From Nymphaea colorata (Eukaryota), in NCBI RefSeq assembly GCF_008831285.2, contig NC_045138.2, positions 25,978,001 through 26,042,000 of the forward strand: a stretch of DNA of 64,000 nucleotides, given 5' to 3'. Every line of letters begins with the position of its first letter. Position 1 is the stretch's first letter. Made by a program: the position numbers and the translations under genes. The notes under the pieces are model-generated. The model ran no database searches. It saw only the letters and a list, made by a program, of their open reading frames with translations, and was not told the origin of the DNA. Below are positions 11,901 to 24,371 of this stretch, one piece after another.

Positions 11901-14900
11901 TGAAAGGGGCTTTGGCCGCGTATGATTGCAGATAATTGTCCCCATTAACTTAAGATTGAGTTTATATGATAGAAAAGCACCTTTAGTAAAGACAAAATGT
12001 AAGGTCGTTAAATCGTATTAGGTATCCTAACTACATCGAATAATATTAGTGAATAACTAACTACGCCCAAACAAATTATGTTGCCATTAGTATCTAAAAG
12101 TTATCTGATATTTTGTATTAATGGTAGAAAACCCTTCAAGAAAAATCTAATTGTATTAATAAATATTTAGGTACATTTTCATGTTTTCTTAGATGATAAA
12201 TATTTAACAATTATTTTTTTAGAAATAAGAATCTGATTTTTTTATTAATAAAATAACCTTAAGTTTGCTTTTAAGAATATATGAATGATGAATTGGGGCA
12301 TGACTGGATTGTATACAATTTTCGCTCCCTTTTATTTAAATTTACCAAGGAGGCAGATCATTTGGCTGCCGAGATGCTACCACCCACTTTGCAATAGAAT
12401 ATATTTACAGTCACGACATACCATCAATTTAGTGGCATAAATAAATTCTTGTAGAGGTTACAATAATTAAATAATTTTATTCAAGTGGCAGATTTAGGAT
12501 TCTTTGATTAAAGAGCAGTTGCAGAGTAAAAAATTTCTCTTGAGAGGGGCCGAATTAAAGTTTCTAAAGTTTGGCACAGTCAATATGAAATATTATTTTT
12601 CAAATATTTTTATATAGTCAGTCTGAAATATTATTTTTCAAATATTTTTATATAGAACAAGTAAATTTTTTAAAAATTTACATGTAAATTAAAAAAAAAA
12701 ATTGAAGTGGGCCAGGGTGTAGGCATTAGGCATGATGTTGCCGTTCTGTCATTCCACTCTCTTTCCATCCCTCTTATTTTGTTTTTTTTATACGTTGTTT
12801 TGTATATTTTCTCTTTTACTTCTGTCTTGCGGTTTGTTACTGTAACTAGGGGACTTCTTGTTCCCAATTTTTGTATCTAGGGGATTTTTTATCCTCAAAT
12901 TTTGATATATATTCCCATTTTATCGGCACTGCAATGAAATTTTGAAAGAGCTAGTGTAAGCGAATTCCACTGGACAAGTTCAAATGCCTAATTTGTCTTA
13001 CTTATTCTCATATATATTTTAATTTCTATCAAATATAACTGAATTGTTTTTATTTGTGTCCTTCTCATTTTAGAGAGAGCTGGTAATATCTTTACTAATA
13101 ACTCAACCTCCTTCAATTTTAGTATCGATCTTTCTTTCCGAGACATAGTATTATTCTAATTCGAAGGCAAACACTGACGGAGACGTTCCCTGCTAAGTAC
13201 GCAACCTTGAGAGAGACGGGTGGGAGAAAAGGAGGGCCTAATAAATGAAAGAGGGCGCTTCCCCATCAACAGCTGCGGCTCACTTCTTTCTTTCCGGTCC
13301 ATAATATGATCTTAATGGCCCATCCACTTAGACTCGCAATATGCTTAAATGCATGTTTCAATTCAAATTTGTTACTGTAATGTAATTAAAAATCTAGATT
13401 GTCAAAGGGGTGTATCATTTCGGCGGGCAAAAAACCAGTCATTAGTTTGATTCCTCCGTAAAGTTATATTTTTTTTACTGCAAATAGTGGCAATGCGACA
13501 TTCTAATTGATGAATGTACCTTAGGTTCATAAACTTTGATCTATCAATTTTTTTTATATTATAAGTGTAATTGATGTTTTAATGGTCCAAAAAACATATC
13601 TGAAACTCAACCAAAAAAAAGTTTAATGTATTTTTTCTATTAACTCAATCTTATGATCATATTTACCAGGTTATAAAATTGTACAAAAGAGTAGGTTAGT
13701 TTGTATATTTTATGTTTCCGTCGTAAGTTGTTTCCTTTGGATAAAACATGCACTTTACAACATTTTGACAGTATGACATCAGTACAGTCTTTTATCCACA
13801 TACTCGTAATTACATGTCATGTCGATGTGACTCATTATTTTTTTATTAAACGAATGGATCACATCGGTGAAAATTTTGATTCAACCATTGTATCATTTAG
13901 TATTCAAGAAATAGAAATCCCAAACTTTGTCTAGAGCCAACTTAATGAAGATGCAATTGTTCATTTACATAGCCTAAAACAAATAATGTTCTGCTTTAAT
14001 CCAAAAACATATATGTTCTTGTTATAGAAAATATATTTGATTGTTAAACTTAAGAACAACACCTATAAACTAACGCTACACTTTTTAAACATGCATTTTC
14101 AGAATATGTATTCCAAAAACACAATGTTTTTCTTAACAAATTCCCTCTTAAATTATTTTATGTCACAAAATTAAAGTACTTAATTTCAACGCTATGGAAA
14201 AAAAAATCAGTGGTAGATCTGAAACTTGATCTGGCATCATCCTGATTGGAAATTCTTGTGACCAAACGCTGAAATTAAAGCGTTTAATCAAGTCAGGTTG
14301 ACCAGTGCATTGAGTTTCGGTGAAATAGAGCTTTCCATTGAACTTGTGGCCCCTCACGAAGAAACTTTGGCTCCACTTGAGACCTTATCTTTGTGGACCG
14401 AGAGTCTTCTTTCCTGTTTAAACAAATCCAAAAATATCTTGCTGCCTTTGTTCGTATCTTCACTTTTGTGATGCAAGTTGAACAAAAAGAAGGAGGTTCG
14501 ATCCAAATATGTGTTTCTTATATGGCAAGGAACTTTCTTTAAGAATGCAGATCTTTTAATGAGTAAGCACCTCCTTATGGATATGTTCATCGCATTTATT
14601 GTGCAAAATTGCTCAAAGATGATGACATATTCTAAGCAATTTTCTTGAATATTTTCTTTTTGTGGACTACCAACTTGGATATTAAAGCGCCATCAAGAGC
14701 TCTGCCCACTTGGCTAGGGGCAGGTTTAAGACCTTCAAGTTGAAGCACATTTTTCAATGAAATGAAAATTGAAAAATATCAAGAATTTTAAACTTAGAGT
14801 GCATTTCTTGGCATAAATGTTCTGTTAAAAGGTTCTTCTAAGCCTAGTTTGCCTGCCAAGAAAGCACCCAAAAGGTAAAATGAGTAAGTGACTATAGTCT

Positions 14901-17667
14901 TATGAGTTTAGTTATATGTAATTCTAGTAGTAAAAAGAATGAGTTCGACAATTGTTTGAAGTTATTAAATGAAATCTAAAATACGGTAGATATATAGCCT
15001 TTTGTGTGATTCAACTGTGCCAACTTTGCTTGAAACTTAGATCTTCAAATAGAAAAATGTTCGAACTTCTTCAAAGACTCGGGTTAGAAATGTTTGACAA
15101 GAAAAACTGCTAGCGCTGGTTGGCCAATAATATTTTGTCACAGTGACACATGAACTGACAAGTTTATGAATTTTAGTGTGAACACAGCCCATGCCTTGAA
15201 ACTTTGAACAGTATTTTCTCGGAGCATGCTTATGAGAAAACGCCACTTCTCCTACCCCAACTGCCACCATTTTTTTTCCTTTTTTTTTTTGGCTTATCCT
15301 CTTTTACCATGGCCTTCTTGCTCAATTATGTCTGTCTTTCTTGTGGACCTCGTAGAGCTGGCAAATCCACGGAAAATCACTACCATGTTTTTTCACAGGT
15401 TTAAAAGGCATTTACAAACTATCGAATGAAATTAGTTTTTTTGAAGGAATTTTCAACAACATGATGTCCAATGTTGTTGGATGACTAAATTTTAAAAATT
15501 TATAATTAAAAATAATTAATGATTTGATGGTACAAGAATGGTTTATAAGGTTAGGGACAATTTATAATCCGTTTAACTGGAAAGTTCTAAATCTGACGAC
15601 CATCTGCCGTATTGGTAGTGATTTTTCCTTTTCTTTTTTTACTAAAAACTTTTAGACACATCGATCGTTCAAGTGCAGCCTTTGGCGGCAGGACAAGCAC
15701 GACTGCACGAGGGCTGTGACTGTGATAACGCCACCATCCATGAACTCGACCATCATCCCCTTTTTGTGGGCAATATTGCTAAACGATACGCACTTGTTTG
15801 AGTCATAGCCACGACGTACTCTCCAAGCACGAAAAAAGTACGTAAGCTCGACTGTTTTCACCGCTATTTGCTAAGAAAACACCGCACTTTTCTTAGGAAA
15901 ATGAGGATGAAAGCATGGGATCCGTGTATAAAGCTTTGAGAATCCTCCACCCACCCTGAGAATTTGGAGACTTGGGAGCTCGTTTTCCAAGGCATGCGTT
16001 GAGTCGGTTGGAGTGAAGGCGAGGGTGCCCACACCGCAAAAAGTCTCAACTTTCAACGAATATGACAAAGGAAGGGACAACTCTTGTTCGATGCTCAGCT
16101 GCAAAGGTTCTTCGAATTTGTTACGTGGCAGTCAGCTATTGGCTGACATGGCTGATGTGTCCTCGAGCTGACGCTGGCCCGCAGCTTTCTTGACCGTGAA
16201 GGTGAAGCCTCTCCCACTCTCTCTCTCTCTCTCTCTGTAGAGAAAACTAAGCAGCGGCTAAAATCCATGTCTGAGAAGATCTATCTTTAGTTTTGTCCAC
16301 ATTTCACAAATTTCTTTGTCTCTCTGTTCTTCTCCATCTCGTTGTTTTGTTTGTTTTGAGATAAAGGGACAAAGTTGGAGGTCGGGTAAGAGTTTTCCCT
16401 TACAATCAGAGGCTGAAGGTAGTTCAACTTTTATCTGTGATGTTATGCTTTTTTATTGTGGCTTTTCTTTTGGTGGGTTTTCTACCTGATCAATACATGC
16501 TGTTGTGCTTTGTTTTCCATGTGGTAAAGTTACCCATGAGTCTTTATCTTCTTTTGTCTGGTGTGGATGTTGTTACTCACTTTTTTGTTGTATTTGGCTT
16601 TGAGTTCGTCGGTTGCTTGAGGGGAAGGAAGGATGCCTTCCCAAAAGGAGAAGAGAAAATGAAAACCATGTAAATCTTTTCCTATTTTCCTTTGGGAATT
16701 CTTTAGTTAAGACTGGAATCTGTATGCTTGATGCAATCAGTTGTTTGAGAGATAACAAATTGGCATAGTTGACAAAGTCTTTTTTTGCACGATTCCCAGT
16801 GTGCAAATCCACCGTATAGTCCTTTTTATCAAAGATGTATCTTGCCTTGGTGATAGTTTCCTCCGGAAATTAAGAATAGTCTGTTTTAATAGAGAGAGTA
16901 TGGATTGTGTCTGTAAGTAAGCGGAAGTCGGGTTTGTGGGGACAATATTTCGTTGTGTCAGATGTAATCTTCCTATCGTCCTTGAAATCACGGTGTAAAC
17001 TGCATGTGCAGAATGCGATTCCACTTACGAGTTCACCACGCTCCCTTTTGGTAGCTATGTTACCGTGGATTTTTTTTTACATAAAGAAATGAAATTCTAA
17101 TCTGTAAAAATTCGTCATATTGTGAGGACGATTCAAACATGTTTAAAAGAAACAGCGTATATTACGTCTGCAAAATCTTTTCAGACCAAAAAGACTGTCA
17201 AAAGGATGTTGGGGTTTATTTCTGTATGATAAAAATTATAATACCAGTTGTTATCATATCAAGCTTTGGCAAAAAATTATAAAAATTTGTCATGATTTCC
17301 TGCTCAATCGATTACTTCAACGTGTTTGCTGAGAAAAGGACCGAATTAGAAACCATGTCCTACATCTTGTTCGTCATCTTTGAGTATAATTTATGTTGTT
17401 CTCAGAATTTCGATGCCAGGATTTTCTATTTTTTTTTTTTTTGGTTTGGCTGATTTTTCTTAAAAGTGTCTCACGATTGACTTGATGTGAGCAGTACCAT
17501 GTGGCAAGCAATAAATTTTTGTATCCTTCAGAAAATATGTATTTAATCCTTGTAGATTCCTGAATTGGGTGAGCGAAAAAATAAATGTGAACAATTGCTA
17601 TGCTGCAGAGAAGTTATGTCGTAGCCCTGGTTGCAATCCTGTGAAGTGTCAGTTGGATGCTTTCAGA

Positions 17668-20600
17668 ATGATTTCATCAAAAGGAGCTGCATCCGATTTC
17701 AAGCTTCTGAATGGTGCAAAAGTCGGAGAAAACAGTAAGGCGAACCCAATGAAATCCCCGAAGTTTATAGATGAGGTGGGGTCAGACTTACTGGCAATAT
17801 TCTTTTGAGGATCATGGCTCGAGGTGGATATGACCTGCTCTAATTTAAGTTTCACTTGTCTTGCTTTAGGCTATCGAAGCAGAAAAGCAGCTATGGGCTT
17901 CAATCAACTTTAAGGGCCCGCTAGATGAAAAAGTTGAGGAATCATACTGCAAAGCTCGCGCAGGTTATGAGAATGCTGTTTTTGTGGACAATGAGGCTTC
18001 CGAATTTTATGATGATCAGTTATGGTTACTTCACTACAGACTTATTGAAGCATACCGCTGCAGAATTAAAGCATGCTGTCAAAGTACAAGTGGTTCTGGC
18101 CTCGCAAATCCTCAAAATCCCCGCATTTTGCAGGAAAACTGTGCTGGAATTTTGACTGGATTTCAGTGCTTCTTAGCGAAGTCCACAAAATTCTATGAGG
18201 AAATGATCTCAAAATTGCGAGAGTATTATGGGATTCCTGGAGAATGTTCAATTGACAGTTGTGTTTTTTCTGATGGATTGGAGTCAAAAGTTGTACAGAA
18301 ATTTCAGCTCCTATGCCATCGCTGCTTCATCTATCTTGGGGATCTTGGACGTTATAAGGAATTGTATTCAAGTCCTGAAATTCCAAGCTTCAACTTGTCC
18401 ATTTCTACACGTCACTACTTGAATGCAGCTTCAGTCTATCCTGCAAGTGGGAACCCTCATAATCAGGCATGATTAACAGTTGTAGCATGCACAATTTGCC
18501 CTTATGTTCTGTTTCATGTTGATGATTTGGTTCTGCTAATTTTTCATTTACAGCTGGCTCTTTTGGCTATGTATGTTGGAGACGAACTCCAGCAAATGTA
18601 TCATTTTGTCAGAAGCCTCGCTATTGCGGACCCATTCCATAAAGCATGGGACAATATCTTTTTACTATTCAATAAGTTGCTGGTAATTTCTTAATATCAT
18701 TGTGCTATAGGGCTTCTTTTCTTGGGATCATTTGTTTAATGGTATAAAATATATAATTAGGAAATTGATGCTGCATTGTGGACTCTCTTTTCTTGTTAAT
18801 GATGCTTGAGAGTTTTGAGGTTAGAGAAGCCTGTCAGCCTTTCAGTAGACTTCCTTTTTAATGCATGCAAAAGGACATAGTGTAGTTTCTATCAGCTGGA
18901 AAGCTGATATCATAGCAGGCTGAGTGCATCTGTACATTTGTCGCTAATGGGCATTTATGGCATGCTTACCAATTCCATTTGATGAAGACTAATATTTAGG
19001 AAGCGGATAACCTATGCAGTGAATCAAAACTCGAGGCTGAAACAATTTATGCTTGATCAATCTCTATTTGATTTTTGGTGAGGAAATTATGCCAAGTTCT
19101 CTAGCTAAGGAAATCACTAGTTCTTTGTCCTTTTGCTTCTGATTGCGAGACTTGGAAATTCATATTCTGTAGAACAACATCCAGAATATGTTGGAGTGTT
19201 TGAAACCTTTGTATGACATGATCTGAGAAAATGCTGTTATTTATGCATCTATCTGCCAAATGATTATCCCGCCTTTGTATATTCTGTTACCTGCATGTAA
19301 CTTCTCTGTCCAATAAATAGTTCTGCGTGCAATGGTAAGGTTTATTCTTTGCCTTTTGCTGATATCCGATTATGAGAATACAGGGTTAGAATCATTCACT
19401 AATATGTACTTTGTCTCCCAAGGTTACTTCATTTTCCTTCCAATTAGTTTGCCATTATTATATTATTATAACAATAACAAAAGTAAACTTATGATTTTGT
19501 CATTCAAACAGCAGAAAACATCACTTTATTATTCTGAAAAAGTACAACTTATGTCTCACAGTAACAGCTAAGCACATTCACAAGCACTGCAACTTTTAAT
19601 TTTTAAACAATGTGGAGTATGAAATACTAATTTCATTCCAAATATTGGTGGATTCTCAATCAAAGTTTTTTTACAACAAATGATCAGCTTACACCTTTGA
19701 GGGAAGCCAGTTTGGAGAAAAATAGTAATGGATCAGGTGCTAGTCATTCAGAGAGCATGGTATGTGAGGCTGCTGTGATGGACATGTCCAACGAAGCAAG
19801 TTTTATGGAAGCTTTTGGGTATCCCTTCACCAAGCTAATCAGTATGCTCTGTACAAATAGTAGGTAAATTTCGGAATTTTATTATCATTGAGTTAATCTC
19901 CATCACATTCAATTCAGAAGTAATAACTTTTGTAAACTAATATTTTTATCCTCTCTTTATGTGGTGAACTGTTGAAGTATGCGAGACTCATGGTTGATGC
20001 TGTGTAATGTGCAAACATTTCAATTTCTCTTTGTACACATATATGCTTAGTGCATAGTGCATACATGCATAAATGTAAATCTAGATACATGTATATAATA
20101 TATAAATCCTTGGAGAAAAGGAAATGGAAACAGAAGTAGGGCATGTGATAGTATGCTATGATTCTCTGGTAAATTATAACCGGAGTGTAATGTTGAACAG
20201 ATTTGAGAATTCGGTTCAGTAAATCACTTGCTTGACCCATGAAATGTTCAAATCTCAATCAGTTCTCTAACTCAATCTTTGTGCACGAAAATGTTGAACC
20301 TGCACCTTGAAATTTTACTGCGTGCATGGAATTCTGGGGGTTGTCATAAGCTGATGTCATCTGATTATTCTGCTGCTTATGGTGCAACAATAGGGAATTT
20401 CAGCAAGGATGATGCCAATTCTTGGAAAATGAAACTATGAGTATTATGGGGAAAATGGAGGTGAACAACTGATGTGAACCCACTATTACTCCAGCACCAA
20501 TTGGAGAAGGGAGATGTGAAGTACATCTTTAGGGTTAGATTGAAAAGAGTGATTCTGAAAAGAAAAATTTTCATCAAGATTAATGCTTTCTATACAGAGT

Positions 20601-23112
20601 GATTTGAAAATGGCTCTAAGATGCTTGGGATGTATCATTCACGTAGGGAACTTTAGTACTTCCTACGTGCTTTATGAACACAGATGAAACTACAATAGTT
20701 GCTTCTTATAAATGTGTTTTTTATTTTTTAAAATTACCTTTGAGAAGTGTATTTTTTCCTTGGTATTTATTCGTTGGAATATATATTCTTTTGTTTTAGT
20801 TAGTTCTATCGCTGATTGATTAGTTCAAAGTTCAAACTGATAGTTCTATCGCTGATTGATTAGTTCAAACTGCCTGTTTGCTAAATACCAGGACGGATGG
20901 GCTTTCTGACACGTATGCTGCAATGTTAATTGGTCTGAAAACGGTGTTGTTTGCTGATGATGCAAAGTTGGATGATATGCTGCGCACTTGCCAGCCTGTA
21001 GGAATTGAAGAAACGAAGAACAGTGCCTTCCGAATTATACAGATAGTTTGCATAGTCATCTTTGCTATATGGTGCCAAAATCTGGAATTTAAATTTGTTA
21101 GATGTGAGCGTGACACACAGAAGAATTTCATACAGCTGGCCTGGTCTGCTGCTTTTGACATTATGGGGCATGTGATGCATCGATGTGTGAAGTACAGTTC
21201 CATTAATGACAGTCCTCTACTGCCTGGTGTACTGGTTTTTGTAGAATGGTTTGCACTTAGGACAGATCTTGATACAATATTGGATGAAGCTGATGAAAAA
21301 TGTGGGAATGCAGCAAGATACTTTTTTAGTTGCTTTGTGGATATGTTGAATAAAGTTTGTGACAAAGGTGATATCAGCCATCAATCTTCTGGTGCATACA
21401 AGCTTTCAGATAATGACATCCTCTGGGAAGACACTGAATTATGGACATTTTCACCTCTTTTGCCCATTCATGGGTCAAGTACTGGCCTGAACTTCATTCC
21501 TGGAAAGGAACTCCGAAGTAAACATGAATACCAGGTTCGTAATTCTCGGATAGTAGCTTCTGCTGTCAGGCTTGTTAACATCTTCTCTACCTCTAGTTGC
21601 AATTGGATCAGCTACAGTGAAATGGAAAAAAGGTTCTATGCACTTGAAGCAGGTAAAGAGAAGGAGAAAACTGAACTCCCTAGACATGACAATTTACTTG
21701 TATCAGCAGTAAAAGAAGACATTGAATTGGCTTCTGAGTTCACCGGCATGTCCAAAAAAACTAACACCAGTTCTCAGTCTTATATTGAAGAGGATGAAGT
21801 CATTATTTTCAACCCTGCTGCAAGAAATAACTCGAACGTGGATCTTGTCTACTCTTCTGTAGCCAGTGACTTCATTATTTCACACACGGAAGCTCTCAAT
21901 ACAACTTCACCCAAGCCAACACCAGGATCGAAGCTTAATGATTGGCATTCTATTAATACATTCTCTGCATCACTAGATCATACTGAAGTTTCTCGTGCTT
22001 CCCACTCAGATGGAGTGGACTTCTGGAATGTTGAGGGTAGTAAATCTGCAAGGTTACTGACTGCTGATTCTGTTCTTCATCCTTTATCTGATCTCAGCAT
22101 TTCATCAACTTCGGCAGAAAGAGATCAGACAGGATATGTTCCGCCTCATCCTAAGAACTATGTGCATTGCTCAGGCAGCTTGCCATCTAGAATTGCCTCA
22201 CCTTCTCTTCGCGGTTGGATAGTCAGCAAGGAGAAAGGTCCAGCCCTTCCAGAAAGTTTGGCGAGCACTAGTTCACTCAGAGCTGGTTGGAGTCCACTGA
22301 AGGACACACATTCAGCTGACACAACAGGCAGAGCTTTCCCAGAGGGCAGCTCGCTGTTCAGTATGTCACTCCCTTCACCCAACACTCCCAACTATTTGAG
22401 TCCACTCGACTTCCAGAATTCAAGTACCAGTGTCCCTGACTATTTTTCTGCAACGATCAATCCGTATGTGAGTCCATTTCCCTCTGCACCTGTATTGACA
22501 GATGAAACCATAATGCATGGCAATAGCCCAGCTACTTATCCTAGAGAATATGTCGACTCCAGCTTGAGCTTCCCTCGACATTTTCCTATTTCTTCAGCGC
22601 CACAGGATCTGCTCGGAAACCCTGGAACAACAGGCTTTATTGGTTCACCAGCCTCAAGTGACAAACTCAGAAACTGGTTCCTAGCTCAAGGCCTCCAAGG
22701 CACTAGTTCTGGTTATGGAGGTTACCCTCATGCACCGGCATTACCACCAATCTATTATTTTCATCAGTACAGAGACATATTCGGTACCCGCTATGGTGAT
22801 GATTTGTATCATCCACCATATTGTGATTCTACATTTAAAGAACCTGATATCTTGAAAAAATCACCTCCTGACAGGTGGATGAATCCTTTAGGTCCTACTT
22901 TCCCAAACTTCTATGACAGTTCATATAGAGACCACAGCATCCCTCACGGCTACAATGCCCTTGATCAAAAAGGAAAAGAAGTCATGTTTTACGGCTACCA
23001 GAGTGCAGCTCCGGTTCGGTACGGCTTGGCTTGGGATCAAAGGCCAGAGCATCTTTTGCATTCACAGTATCCCACTGATTCAGAATGGTACAGGCAGCAA
23101 CAGCACGTCTAA
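17668..23112 (+). CDS. SMG7L: SMG7-like protein (EST1/14-3-3-like TPR domain plus low-complexity C-terminus), about 1076 aa. Exons 17668-17775, 17870-18466, 18554-18682, 19688-19863, 20892-23112; intron 18467-18553 is GC-AG
   Basis: Motifs EKQLW..., LWLLHYRLIEAYR, CHRCFIYLGDLGRY, PASGNPHNQ|LALLAMYVGDE..YHFVRSLA..PF..AWDN, PLLPGVLVFVEW, LWEDTEL..FSPL and EEDEVIIF. The N-terminus resembles the SMG7L type more than SMG7. All exon phases are consistent. Confidence 0.88.
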
Positions 23113-24371
23113 TGTCCAGCTACCAAGTGTGTGAAACACTAAGAAATTGTGTACTTGTGCACCACACTTCTCTTGTTCCCCCAGGTGGGAAGACGGTTCA
23201 TCTTTACTCACAGTCAGTTCATGTAAATGGCCAAACGCCAAAGTGAGCATTGAGCTATCTTCCTTTCCTGTATAAAATCATAAAGTATCTGTTCCTTTTG
23301 TTTCCCTGTCGAAGAATCTAGAGAACAATTGCCAAAAAGACGCCTCAAACAATTTTTCCTTTTCATCATTGTGTCAGAAGGATTTTGTGTAGTCTTGATC
23401 GGGAAGAGAGGATATATATTCATGTTGGCCCTCCGACTGGATTGACACGGTTTCGGGATCATGGGAGCGGCTGCATCTCAATAGCTTAGAACACATTTGC
23501 ATCACTATATTTAAATTAATAATAGCAATAATGTAAAAGTTACTCCTCTCGAAAACAAAATATCCAAAAAAACTTAAAAATTAAAAAAAAAAAAAAAAAA
23601 CCCTTCTCTGGTAGCATGCTATCATCAAGGTAGAACGTCAAGGGTTGCCCTGACCGTTTAATCGGAGTCGACCGTCGCCGGACAACAAGGGGCAACCTTT
23701 CACCGCGGGTCGATGGTTAAAGGGGGTCAATTCAATACCCACTTAACCATGAGGGTCAGGTCTTACTATATGGCAAACTTTTTTTTTTAAAATATTTTGC
23801 TTTTAAGATGAGTATGAGGATTAATCCCACCGTCTAAGCATGAGTAGTCCTATGAATTACTCTTCTAATATCATATTTATTTATTTAGAAACCATTATGA
23901 ATTATGAAGAAAATTTGAATGCCTACTCGTTAGGCATGAAAAGTTGTAGAATTTGATCGCCTCAGGCAACTACTTTGTAATTCTATTTTAGAAAGTTATC
24001 AACTGATCCTATAAGAATAGTTTATGTATCCAAATAATTTAAATTCATCCAAATACTTGGCTATGGAAAAACGGCTGGGTTCAAGAAACGGTTAAACCGA
24101 TTAGACAATTGACCAGTAGCCGGTAAAGAAAACGGTCTTGTGGACAGACACAACGTTTAAAGGTGACGCATGGATTAAAGGAAATCAGCACAGATACGAC
24201 ACGGGTACGATGACGGAGACGATGGTACGAGTGTCCATGCAAGATGAGCGGCGTCTTGCGGCTGCTGAGGTCAGAAATGATCTTGCCGCCCGTCTTCCCG
24301 CTTTCGCCTCCGTGAGTTTTCACAAATGATTTTGCCGCCCGTCTTCCCGCTTTCGCCTTCCCCCCTCTCTC

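Noticed and set aside
23088..23184. Acceptor-like ttctcttgttcccccag after the SMG7L stop, a possible 3'UTR intron
   Set aside because: No convincing donor at a workable distance; cannot be supported without RNA data
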